Shown: piece by piece, positions 1 to 8,449 of the stretch
Position numbering within the stretch: the first letter of the stretch is position 1
Layout: each line of letters begins with the position of its first letter
Origin: Synechococcus sp.
Lineage (GTDB): Bacteria; Cyanobacteriota; Cyanobacteriia; Thermostichales; PCC-7336
Length of the DNA stretch: 18,662 nucleotides
Direction: 5' to 3'
Assembly: GCA_051439605.1 (NCBI GenBank)
Contig: JBFRWN010000053.1
Location: 1-18,662, forward strand
The notes under the pieces: model-generated
What the model was told of the DNA's origin: nothing
The model's database searches: none
What the model saw: the letters and a program-made list of their open reading frames with translations, nothing else
Position numbers and translations under genes: made by a program

Positions 1-1
1 T

Positions 2-55
2 GTTGGAAACAACCCATTTACACCTGAAGTGATTGAAAGTCTATTTGACGAATAA
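2..55 (+). CDS. possible 3' end of a gene entering from the left (..VGNNPFTPEVIESLFDE*), product unknown
   Basis: Frame 2 is open from the window edge to TAA at 53-55 and converges on the rpn gene. It is too short to identify. Confidence 0.3.
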   Translation, partial: VGNNPFTPEVIESLFDE

Positions 56-138
56 ACTCTTCCAATACTCACCTGCTCCATGAAAGCCCCCACCACCCCA
101 GGAGACTTCAGATAGTTCGGTTTGAAAAAGCATGCCAA

Positions 139-985
139 CTATTGCAACCAATTCGTTAAATCCGAGCGATCGGAAAAATCCAACAATGCTTCTCCTAACT
201 CCTCCAACTGAGGTAGAGACAACGCATGAATTTTAGCCTCAAGGTCTGGCGCAATCTGACCAAACCGCCGATTCAGCAACCGCAGAACCAGATCGCATTC
301 CCCTGCTTGTCTCCCCTCTTGCCGCCCCTCTTCTAAAGCCTCTTGATAAACCCGTGTTTTTTTAATCTCGCTCAATCCCAACATTTTCTCAATGTCCTCT
401 CGGCTCAGTTGCGGGAACTTGTACACAACGACAGTCTCGATTAAATCTATATATCGCCGCTGGCGAAAAAAGTGGAGAGTCTACCTCCCTAGCTTGCCCG
501 AGCAGGACTTTGGCTAGGTCTACTGCCGCATTGGGTCGAGCCGCCACCAACTGCGCCAAGCCAATGCCCAAAGAATTACTCGCATTTTCCTGCAGATCCT
601 CCAGGAAAATCCTGCTGACGAGCTCGCTCTCCAACAAAGGCTGAAAAGGTTGAGTCTGCCCAGGCTCGATACCGCGCTTAGCAAACAGCACCACAGCATG
701 CCAATCCTTCATTTCGGGGTTTTGCCGCAAAAATAGGAAAATCTCCGCAAAGAACCGGTGATAGAAATAAGGGTCCAGTTGGAACTGGATTTCCACAAAG
801 AAGACCGTTGAGTCAGTTGCAGAAACGCGGGGTAGCAAAACGCCATCGATGCGAAAAGCAGTCTGCTTCAGTTCAACAGAGCGAAATTCGTACCCTTCAG
901 CCAGCTCGGCAGGTTGCCCCAGCAACTCAAACAGAATGCCGGGGGCCGTTTGAAAGAGATAATAAAAGAGCGAATCAGTTTTCAA
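139..985 (-). pseudogene. Rpn family recombination-promoting nuclease/putative transposase (DUF2887 + C-terminal DUF4351), frameshifted
   Basis: The N-part has KTDSLFYYLFQ, Y-F-SVELKQTAFRIDGV and the PD-(D/E)xK-like FVEIQFQ. The C-part has YKFPQLSREDIEKML, TRVYQEA, EEGRQEG repeats and LEELGEALLDF..L..WL. Removing one base in TATATAT (448-454) joins them as AAIIDLIETVVVYKFP. Start is TTG at 985 or GTG at 994. Confidence 0.88.
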
Positions 986-990
986 CCCGT

Positions 991-1797
991 TCACCCTCTA
1001 CCCACTCGCCCCATCAAGGGTCCAACCAACCCAGGAAAAAGTTGATAGGCGGCCGTAGCAGCCTGCATGGGACCCACCACCACATCTTTCTTACCCGTCC
1101 GACAAGCATCCCAAATCGCCTCCGCAATCTCCTCAGGCCGCTGACTGGTAAAGCTATCCACCGCTTTCTCCATCTGCCGACGATACTCATCCCTCGCAGA
1201 TTCTGAACCCACAAACATCGCCCGCTGCAAAAAGTCCGTTTTCACCACCCCAGGGTGCACGGCGATCGCCTGTATCCCCTGCGACTCCACCTCCAACCGC
1301 AACGACTCCGTCAACCCCGTCACCGCATACTTGCTGGCACAATAAGCCGTCATCTGGGGCAGAGGCATTTTTCCCCCCACCGAGCCCACATTCACAATTT
1401 GTCCCTGCTTGCGCTCCAGCATGTGGGGCAATACCGCTTGGATGGTGTGAACGTAGCCCCAAAAATTAACGTCCATTACCTGGTGCCACTGTTCCAGTGT
1501 CGTGTCAGCAAACGGTCCGCTGGCGCACATACCGGCGTTGTTAATCAGGACATCAATGGTTTCAAAGCGATCGATGGTTTTGTCCACCACAGCGGCCACC
1601 TGTTTGGGGTCTGTAACGTCGGCAGGCACCACCAACACATCCACATTGGTGGCTTTCTCAATCGCAATCGCCGCTTGCGTCAGGGGCTCTGGCTGGCGAG
1701 CTGCCAAGGCAAGTCGGTAGCCCTGATGGGCAAACACCATAGCGGTGGCGCGGCCAATTCCAGCCGAGGCACCTGTAATCAGAGCAACTTTTGACAT
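991..1797 (-). CDS. SDR family NAD(P)-dependent oxidoreductase
   Basis: TGASAGIG Rossmann motif, NNAG, catalytic Ser and YxxxK (YCASK), HPGxVxT. Confidence 0.95.
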   Translation of the reverse strand: MSKVALITGASAGIGRATAMVFAHQGYRLALAARQPEPLTQAAIAIEKATNVDVLVVPADVTDPKQVAAVVDKTIDRFETIDVLINNAGMCASGPFADTTLEQWHQVMDVNFWGYVHTIQAVLPHMLERKQGQIVNVGSVGGKMPLPQMTAYCASKYAVTGLTESLRLEVESQGIQAIAVHPGVVKTDFLQRAMFVGSESARDEYRRQMEKAVDSFTSQRPEEIAEAIWDACRTGKKDVVVGPMQAATAAYQLFPGLVGPLMGRVGRG

Positions 1798-1987
1798 GGC
1801 AACAGGGTAAGAGTTGGGAGACGATCGGGGATACTACGCAGCAGAGAGAAGACAAATTCTCTCACTGCTGAGCCTAGTCTTTACACTCTATTGTGTAGTG
1901 TCTAGCTTGCGACAAACTTACAGAGGGTAGAACAAAACTCGGTTCTGCTGTCACACTAGTAAAACAGCATTTGGGGGTTTCAACGGC

Positions 1988-2176
1988 ATGGGTTTTCTAT
2001 TTCTGCTTTACGTGGGCATCACGCTCTATTTGTACTTCACCCGAGAGCCCATCCGACTCGAGGTCAATTTCGTCATGCGGCAGTGGTACGAAACTCTAGT
2101 GGAACTGTATTACCGCCTGCAGCAAAAAGCATCCTCTGCCTATCGCCAACGGCGCAACCGCCGCTATTGGGACTAA
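1988..2176 (+). CDS. small hypothetical membrane protein (62 aa)
   Basis: ATG start with G-rich upstream sequence, N-terminal hydrophobic helix (FLFLLYVGITLYLYF) and basic tail. It is divergent from the SDR gene and overlaps no other gene. Confidence 0.6.
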   Translation: MGFLFLLYVGITLYLYFTREPIRLEVNFVMRQWYETLVELYYRLQQKASSAYRQRRNRRYWD

Positions 2177-2359
2177 ATTTTGAGTTAGCACACACATGCG
2201 ATGGAGATTGATTAGTCGTTGCAGTTGCTTTTACTCACGTCACGACGCAGACCCCTTCGAAGCTACACCCAAGCAACACGAGGAACGAGCCTATCGCTTA
2301 CAGTTCCAGACATACACCTATCACTTCTCTCTTCATAACTTTTCTCATTCAACCAGCAC

Positions 2360-2380
2360 TTTAGGGTTTAGAGTTTAGGA
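2360..2380. repeat. three tandem heptamers TTTAGGG-TTTAGAG-TTTAGGA
   Basis: Read directly. Resembles cyanobacterial short tandem heptamer repeats. Confidence 0.4.
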
Positions 2381-2485
2381 AACTCAATAGAACTCTAGGG
2401 ACTTCAGTACAGGTAAGCATTAGAAAATTTGATCCCAAGTATTGTGTTGAGGCACTCTATGAGGAGATTTTGTCGGGAAACTCTC

Positions 2486-2535
2486 GACCTTATTTCAGTG
2501 TTCTCAGTCCTTATTGAGAATAGCTGGGCCTTATT
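2486..2535 (+). promoter_or_regulatory. three direct repeats GNCCTTATT spaced 20-21 bp, candidate regulator-binding array upstream of the coq4-like gene
   Basis: CCTTATT at 2488-2494, 2509-2515 and 2529-2535, each preceded by GN. Confidence 0.45.
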
Positions 2536-2650
2536 AATTCTCTCACGGCCCCTGAAACTTCGTAATCCCCATCTAACCTTGACATGAGTTGTGAGCTTAT
2601 AAACCGTTTACGTATGTGCATCCTTTTCCCTTGAATTCAAGAGTAGCTTT

Positions 2651-3313
2651 ATGCCCGTACAAGAAACCATCAATCAGTCTCAAGAAGGGAAAATTCTGGA
2701 GAGTTTTCTAGAATTAGTGAAATCTTCTTATGGAGATTTCGGGGCTATACGGAAACTGTCACTGATTTTAAACGACGCGACTACGCTCCAAAAAATTGTG
2801 GCTTCTCTCAGCAGAACTTCTCAAGGCAAACAAGCTTTTATCGATAGGCCCAGGCTGGGCAGTATCGATTTACAGGAACTGCATCAATTACCAGACAATT
2901 CACTTGGCTATGCGTATGCCGAGCATTTGATTAGAAATGGGTTAACCCCCCTATCAGTTAGCGATGATGTTAAAGATCCGTGTTTATTTTTCAAAGCACA
3001 TCTTGGTGAAACCCACGATATTTGGCACGTCGTTACAGGGTGTGATACCGACAAGCCAGGCGAGGTTCAACTAGAAGCCTTCTATACGGCACAGCTCGTC
3101 CCAGCAGACCGTTTATTTCTATCATTGCTTGCTAAGAACCTTCTGAAAACCGCAATGTACGAGGTTGAATTGTGCGAGCAGATTATGGAGGGGTTGACCC
3201 AAGGTTGGATAATGGGGAAACGGGCAAAACCGTTGTTTGGCATCCAATGGAACAGGTTATGGGAAAGATCTCTAGAAGATGTGCAGGCATCCTTAAACAT
3301 AGAAGCAATCTAA
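2651..3313 (+). CDS. Coq4 family protein (ubiquinone biosynthesis COQ4-like)
   Basis: Exact HDxxH-x11-E metal motif (HDIWHVVTGCDTDKPGE), preceded by LxxLPxxSLGxxY. C-terminal G..AKPLF...W..LWE. Confidence 0.9.
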   Translation: MPVQETINQSQEGKILESFLELVKSSYGDFGAIRKLSLILNDATTLQKIVASLSRTSQGKQAFIDRPRLGSIDLQELHQLPDNSLGYAYAEHLIRNGLTPLSVSDDVKDPCLFFKAHLGETHDIWHVVTGCDTDKPGEVQLEAFYTAQLVPADRLFLSLLAKNLLKTAMYEVELCEQIMEGLTQGWIMGKRAKPLFGIQWNRLWERSLEDVQASLNIEAI

Positions 3314-3600
3314 ACGCAATCGCCCGAGATGCTGGGGTTAAGCAGACGTTTTTAACGTAACGCAAGGTTCGACTAACCTGCTTATAAAGTCAAAGATCCG
3401 AGGCTTAGCAAGCAGATATACTCGCCAAATCTATAGCAATCGATAAAAGATTCCAGAACAGAAGATTTCAAAAAATTGGAGAACGAATATGTGTGGCATA
3501 TTTGCATTGTCCTCAGATTATTAACATGTTTCAGAAACATCGTTAAAACGCAGAATGGAGGGTTTGCGGACATTTACAGACAACTTCGACACTCCTCAAT

Positions 3601-5331
3601 CTACTCTCCCCGAAATTGTTTGTTGTAGAACTGGGCGTAGCGCCCCTGCTTTTCTAGCAATTCTGTATGGGTACCGGACTCCAAAATACGTCCTTTTTCG
3701 AGAAACAGAATCCGATCGGCTTTGCGGACGGTACTGAGGCGATGAGCAATGATAAACACCGTGCGATCGCGCATCACCCGATCGAGTGCCTCCTGCACCA
3801 GCGCTTCAGACTCGGAATCGAGAGCTGAGGTGGCCTCATCCAAGATTAAGACACGGGGATCGAGCAAAATGGCCCGGGCGATTGCAATTCTCTGCCGCTG
3901 CCCCCCCGACAGGTTGACTCCCCGCTCCCCCACCCAGGCATCGTATCCCCCATCCTGTTGCTCGATGAAGGAGTGGGCATTCCCAACTTTGGCTGCCGTC
4001 TCAATTGCCCCCCGATCGAGGTCGGTTTGGCCGTAGGCGATATTGTTGGCGATGGTGCCGGAGAACAAAGCTGTATCTTGGGGCACAATACCGATTTGTT
4101 GCCGCAGGCTGGTGATGGTCACGTCTCGGATATCAGTACCATCAACCAAAATGTGTCCCGCTTGCGGTTCGTAGAATCGGGCTAGCAAGTTGACAAGGGT
4201 GGTTTTGCCAGCCCCCGAAGGACCCACGAGAGCAATGACTTCTCCCGGTTCCACCAGCACGTTGATGTCCTGCAATACCGGCTGACCCGGATGATAGGCA
4301 AAGCTGACGTTACTATATTCCACCTTGCCCGTGATGGGGGGCAGAGAAATGGCATCGGCTTTTTCTGTCACAGTAGGAGCGACAGCCATCAGTTCGAAGA
4401 TGCGTTCGATAGACGCTTCTGCCTGTTTGAATTCGTTGTACTGGTTTGTCACCAAGTCAATCGGGTGCAGCAGCAGTGCTACAGCGGTAATGTAGCTGAT
4501 AAACTCTTGCGGCTGTAGGTTGCCAATGGAAATTTGCCATCCGCCAATCAAAAATAGCAGCACGATGCTGACAGCTTCTAGAAAACCAATGGCAGGAAAC
4601 TGAATGGCCTTGAGTTGTTCGGCTCGATATTTGGCTTGGCGATCGCGTTCTGCTTGGGCTTCAAACTTGCTGACTTCGTAGTCTTGGGCGGCGAAGGCTT
4701 TAACGATGCGGATGCTGCTCAATACCTCCGACAGCATGGCAGACAGGTTGGATACCTGCATTTGGCTATTGCGGGACAGGTTCAAGAGACGCTGCCCTAC
4801 CACCCCAATGATCCAAGCCATAGAGGGGGCCAAAATCAGGCTGGCTAAGGTAAGGGGCCAGTTGAGGTACAGCATGTAGATGGGGATCGCTACCAGCTGC
4901 AGAACACAGGATAAAAACTGCTGGGAGAGCTTGCCGATTGCTTCCCCGATACGATCGATGTCCTCGGTTAGCCGGTAGGTCAGATCGCCGGTTTTAGTGG
5001 TTTCAAAATAGTCCAGTCCCAAGCGATGCAGGTGTCGATAAACATTGCTTCGCAGGTTGTACATCATATTTAGAGAACCCACAATTGTTTGGGTTTTCTC
5101 GAAGTACATAAAGACCGATCGTACTAAAAAAATAAATGTGGCCAATCCCAGCCATTTTATGAGTTCATCAACATTGCCTGCCCCCAGAAAGACTGCGATT
5201 TTCCCGGTGGTATAGGGCAAAGCCAGGGTAAATAATACATACCCTAACGTACAGGAAATACCCCGAATAAATAACGGAGATTGGGCCTTAAAGTAGGGCC
5301 AAAGTTTCCAGTAGCTTGCACGGATTGTCAT
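3601..5331 (-). CDS. ABC transporter ATP-binding protein/permease (MsbA-like exporter half-transporter)
   Basis: N-terminal multi-TM domain, Walker A GPSGAGKT, Q-loop VPQD, signature LSGGQRQR, Walker B LILDEATSALD, H-loop AHRLST. Confidence 0.96.
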   Translation of the reverse strand: MTIRASYWKLWPYFKAQSPLFIRGISCTLGYVLFTLALPYTTGKIAVFLGAGNVDELIKWLGLATFIFLVRSVFMYFEKTQTIVGSLNMMYNLRSNVYRHLHRLGLDYFETTKTGDLTYRLTEDIDRIGEAIGKLSQQFLSCVLQLVAIPIYMLYLNWPLTLASLILAPSMAWIIGVVGQRLLNLSRNSQMQVSNLSAMLSEVLSSIRIVKAFAAQDYEVSKFEAQAERDRQAKYRAEQLKAIQFPAIGFLEAVSIVLLFLIGGWQISIGNLQPQEFISYITAVALLLHPIDLVTNQYNEFKQAEASIERIFELMAVAPTVTEKADAISLPPITGKVEYSNVSFAYHPGQPVLQDINVLVEPGEVIALVGPSGAGKTTLVNLLARFYEPQAGHILVDGTDIRDVTITSLRQQIGIVPQDTALFSGTIANNIAYGQTDLDRGAIETAAKVGNAHSFIEQQDGGYDAWVGERGVNLSGGQRQRIAIARAILLDPRVLILDEATSALDSESEALVQEALDRVMRDRTVFIIAHRLSTVRKADRILFLEKGRILESGTHTELLEKQGRYAQFYNKQFRGE

Positions 5332-5566
5332 TCGCGATCGGCATCTTGGGGGACTGCAGTCTCATCATAGGTGGCAAAGGCTCTTTTGACCGCGGAGAGA
5401 GGCTGAGCGCATTGGAGCTCGCTAGCGAATGCGATCCACTCTTGCTGGCATCCGATCGCTCGTATCGTTAGGGGCATGTCAAAGGTCTGAAATAATGGAG
5501 GGGTATAAGCTCTAGGTGTGACATCCCCCTCCATTGACCTAGTCTTTTCATTCCCTCAAACGATTC

Positions 5567-5983
5567 ATGTTAAAGATTACCAATCGTACAGCAATCCCTC
5601 TAGAAGAGATTAAACTGTCTGCGGTCCGTTCTCAGGGGGCAGGGGGACAGAACGTGAATAAAGTGGCTACAGCCATTCATCTCCGATTTGACATCGCCAA
5701 ATCCTCACTTTCCCCACTCTACAAAGAACGACTGCTCAAATTGAACGACAGTCGCATTACAAAAGACGGCGTTATCATCCTCAAAGTCCAACAGCACCGC
5801 ACCCAAGACCAAAACAAACAAGAAGCCCTCAGGCGTCTGCAGCAGCTAATTCAGGCTGTCACCGTTACTCCGAAAAAGCGCAAACCCACCAAGCCCTCCC
5901 GCAATGCCCATAAAAAAAGACTGGATCGTAAGGCAAAACGAGGCCAGCTGAAATCAATGCGCGGCAATCTTCGAGATGAGTGA
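5567..5983 (+). CDS. arfB: alternative ribosome rescue aminoacyl-tRNA hydrolase ArfB (YaeJ)
   Basis: RSQGAGGQNVNKV GGQ motif, R-T-Q-N motif, basic C-terminal tail (KKRKPTKPS..KKRLDRK..RG..K..R), 138 aa. Confidence 0.95.
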   Translation: MLKITNRTAIPLEEIKLSAVRSQGAGGQNVNKVATAIHLRFDIAKSSLSPLYKERLLKLNDSRITKDGVIILKVQQHRTQDQNKQEALRRLQQLIQAVTVTPKKRKPTKPSRNAHKKRLDRKAKRGQLKSMRGNLRDE

Positions 5984-6075
5984 TATGGCTCCAACTGCGA
6001 TCGCGTCAAAATCGCTCGAAAGGGTAATGATTGGGCAAGGGTAGCCCAGAAAAATTCAATACAAAACTTCCCTCA

Positions 6076-6101
6076 CGCTGACATGAGCCTACACATCAGC
6101 G
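6076..6101 (-). terminator. stem-loop immediately 3' of the pentapeptide gene (terminator or stabilising hairpin)
   Basis: The minus strand reads CGCTGATGTG-TAGGCT-CATGTCAGCG, a 10-bp stem with two G-U pairs. There is no clear U tract. Confidence 0.35.
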
Positions 6102-6102
6102 C

Positions 6103-6639
6103 CTAATGGGGAACGCCCGAGTGACCAGTCGATCTTTCCGGGTGCGAACTCCCCATGCGAATGGTTTGACCTAGATGGGTATCCTCTAACTTCGCGCCAG
6201 TCAGAGTAGTCTCGTCTAGAGACGCTTCGTTCAAACAAGCGCTCATAAAGTTGACATTGGTGCAATTGGCTTGCCTGAGATCGGCCCCTGTCAGATTGGC
6301 CGCAGTCAAAATCGCCCCCTCCAGATTGGCTTGCTTGAGATCCGCTTGCTTGAGGATGCTTTTGTAGAGGTCTGCTTTCCCTAAGTCTGCCAGCTGCAAA
6401 TTGGCATTTTTAAGATCGGCCCCAATCAAATCGGCTTCTCTAAGATTGGCCCCCGTCAAATTTGCATCCCTTAAATCCACCCTGACCAAGTCAGCGCCCC
6501 TAAGATTGGCCCCTGCTAGGTTGGCCCCTCTCAGGTTGGCATTAATCAAATGGGGTTGAATGCTGGGGTGTTCTTCTCTCCAGTGATTCCAAGCACTAAC
6601 ATCTTGAGTTAGCAAAGCAAAATGTTGCGCATCGGCCAT
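6103..6639 (-). CDS. pentapeptide repeat-containing protein
   Basis: N-terminal WNxWR motif followed by many A(N/D)Lxx pentapeptides. Confidence 0.95.
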   Translation of the reverse strand: MADAQHFALLTQDVSAWNHWREEHPSIQPHLINANLRGANLAGANLRGADLVRVDLRDANLTGANLREADLIGADLKNANLQLADLGKADLYKSILKQADLKQANLEGAILTAANLTGADLRQANCTNVNFMSACLNEASLDETTLTGAKLEDTHLGQTIRMGSSHPERSTGHSGVPH

Positions 6640-6683
6640 CGAATTCGCCCTTTAGAAACGCTACCGTCACACAAACGCTATGG

Positions 6684-6797
6684 CTATACCGCAATTGTGG
6701 CCAAGACCATCAGCGCCAGTATTGTAGCCAAGAGCAACGTCCCCACTTGAATGGCAATATGTACGGAACGAGGGGTAGATGGGAAGGTCGGTATCAT
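6684..6797 (-). CDS. 37-aa single-TM small protein MIPTFPSTPRSVHIAIQVGTLLLATILALMVLATIAV, not in the ORF track
   Basis: ATG at 6797 preceded by AAAGGGAG with 8-nt spacing, and TAG at 6684-6686. The C-terminal ~22 residues are hydrophobic. It is co-directional with the pentapeptide gene, 44 nt upstream of it. Confidence 0.6.
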   Translation of the reverse strand: MIPTFPSTPRSVHIAIQVGTLLLATILALMVLATIAV

Positions 6798-6919
6798 GAT
6801 GTGTACTCCCTTTCGAGCACCTGCTCTACTACTATTCTCCGTTAATCCCCTCGATCGATGGCCCTTAATAACAAAAGTGTCACGTAACGTACAAGTCTAG
6901 GGCTGGCTTTCATTCGCGG

Positions 6920-7660
6920 TTAATGGGCTCTTTGCTGCCATTCGGCATGGGATTGGCGCAGTACGGCGATCGCATCGTCAAAATCTTTCGCACAGTAGGG
7001 GATATCTAGATCGGCAGGATCGACCATGTGGGTATCACCATCGATCATGTAGCGTTCTGCCCAACTCACCATATCGGCCCACATCGGCCCCACAACAATG
7101 AGGGGCATATTCTTCAATTTGCGCACCTGCAGCAGTTGCCAAATCATAAAAAATTCCAAAGCAGTCCCGATGCCCCCCGGCACTACCACAAAGGCATCGG
7201 AGAGCAGGACGAAATGGTGTAGGCGAGAAAAGAAGGTGCGATGGCTATAAACTTTTTCTACAAAAGGGTTGGTGTCCTGTTCGAAATCGAGATCGATCCG
7301 GACTCCAATGGATTGAGTCACATCGGCGGGGTCGGCGACAACACTCCCTTCGTTGGCCGCTTGCATCAAGCCCGGCCCACCCCCCGTGACGATATCGCAT
7401 CCCATTTTGGTCAGCTCGCTCGCCAGCTCCTTCACTCCTTCGTAAATAGGTGAATGGGATTGCAAACGGGCGGAACCGAAAATTGTTACCCGGTAGCGTT
7501 TGCGTTTGGGAGTTGGAATACTCGTAAGGGTGTTGGCCACTTCCCACAGCCCCAGCAAAGCCTCTTGAATAGACTGAAGGGTGGTTTCCTCTCTAAGGGT
7601 AGAGTCCTGAAGGGTTCGACGTGCTCGATCGCCCGAAGTATCTGAGGGATTGGGACTCAT
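6920..7660 (-). CDS. LOG family protein (type II LOG / nucleotide monophosphate nucleosidase-like)
   Basis: VTIFGSAR, TGGGPGLMQAAN, F..R and PGGxGTxxE (PGGIGTALE). ATG 7660 is preferred over TTG 7675. Confidence 0.9.
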   Translation of the reverse strand: MSPNPSDTSGDRARRTLQDSTLREETTLQSIQEALLGLWEVANTLTSIPTPKRKRYRVTIFGSARLQSHSPIYEGVKELASELTKMGCDIVTGGGPGLMQAANEGSVVADPADVTQSIGVRIDLDFEQDTNPFVEKVYSHRTFFSRLHHFVLLSDAFVVVPGGIGTALEFFMIWQLLQVRKLKNMPLIVVGPMWADMVSWAERYMIDGDTHMVDPADLDIPYCAKDFDDAIAVLRQSHAEWQQRAH

Positions 7661-7825
7661 TAGGGCTGGGCTCAATACTGGATTATTTCAACCGTATCTT
7701 GCAGGTGATTGAAAAACCATCTGAGCCGATCCGCTCGGATAGGCTGTTGCAATTTAAAACAGGGTGGCGACAACGGAGAAGCGAATCGATAGATTCCAGG
7801 TATCGCGTTCAAAAGCCACAATCCA

Positions 7826-8272
7826 ATGCTGTACAAAATCTTGGTCGTTTTGCATACCTTAGGGGCCACTGTCTGGACGGGAGGACACCTAGTTCTGGCC
7901 GTTACTGTTTTGCCTCCCGCTCTGAAAAACCGCGATCCCGATCTCATTCACCACTTTGAGGAGCACTTCGAGGGGTTCGGACTTGCCTCGCTCTTGCTAC
8001 AGGTCGCGACGGGTCTGTGGCTCACCTGGATTTACTTTCCAGGCTTGCAGAACTTTTTGGCATTTGATTCCGTTGTCTCCACCTATGTCGGCATCAAATT
8101 AGGGTTGCTGTTGGGGACTTTGGCGCTGGCCGTTCATGCAAGATTGTTCATTATTCCCAACCTGACGAAGGAAACCCTGAATACCTTGGCGGCTCACATT
8201 GTTGGTGTCACCACCCTGGCGGTATTGTTTGTCATTCTGGGGGCAGGTATTCGTCTGGGGGGTTTATCTTAG
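7826..8272 (+). CDS. CopD-like four-TM membrane protein
   Basis: H..GA.VW.GG motif in TM1, TG in TM2, K in TM3 followed by H, four hydrophobic segments. Confidence 0.75.
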   Translation: MLYKILVVLHTLGATVWTGGHLVLAVTVLPPALKNRDPDLIHHFEEHFEGFGLASLLLQVATGLWLTWIYFPGLQNFLAFDSVVSTYVGIKLGLLLGTLALAVHARLFIIPNLTKETLNTLAAHIVGVTTLAVLFVILGAGIRLGGLS

Positions 8273-8449
8273 TGCAAGGGATAAGGATAAAGAATTGTCA
8301 TAATGTCTGCGGTAGATGAACGAAGCCCCAGTCTGCGCTCAATCGCGAAACTGTGCATGTGAACCATCGCTCAGCGATCGGCCGCTAAGTTTCAACAGCT
8401 CGCCCAGCTTTGACAGTGACCAATTTAGGGACAGCGATCGCAGAACTTC

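Noticed and set aside
2196..2378. 60-aa ORF between the small membrane gene and coq4
   Set aside because: No RBS, no motif and atypical composition.
2579..2610. Perfect TTGACA -35 box upstream of the coq4-like gene
   Set aside because: The nearest -10-like hexamer (TATAAA at 2598) is only 13 bp away, so I did not call a sigma70 promoter.
5328..5534. 68-aa ORF overlapping the ABC transporter start by ATGA
   Set aside because: It occupies the divergent promoter space with arfB and has no recognisable features. The overlap alone is not enough, though it cannot be excluded.
6180..6545. 15-bp periodic DNA repeats (AGATTGGC/AGATCGGC-like)
   Set aside because: Fully explained by pentapeptide A(N/D)Lxx coding. 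There are no unique spacers, so this is not a CRISPR array.
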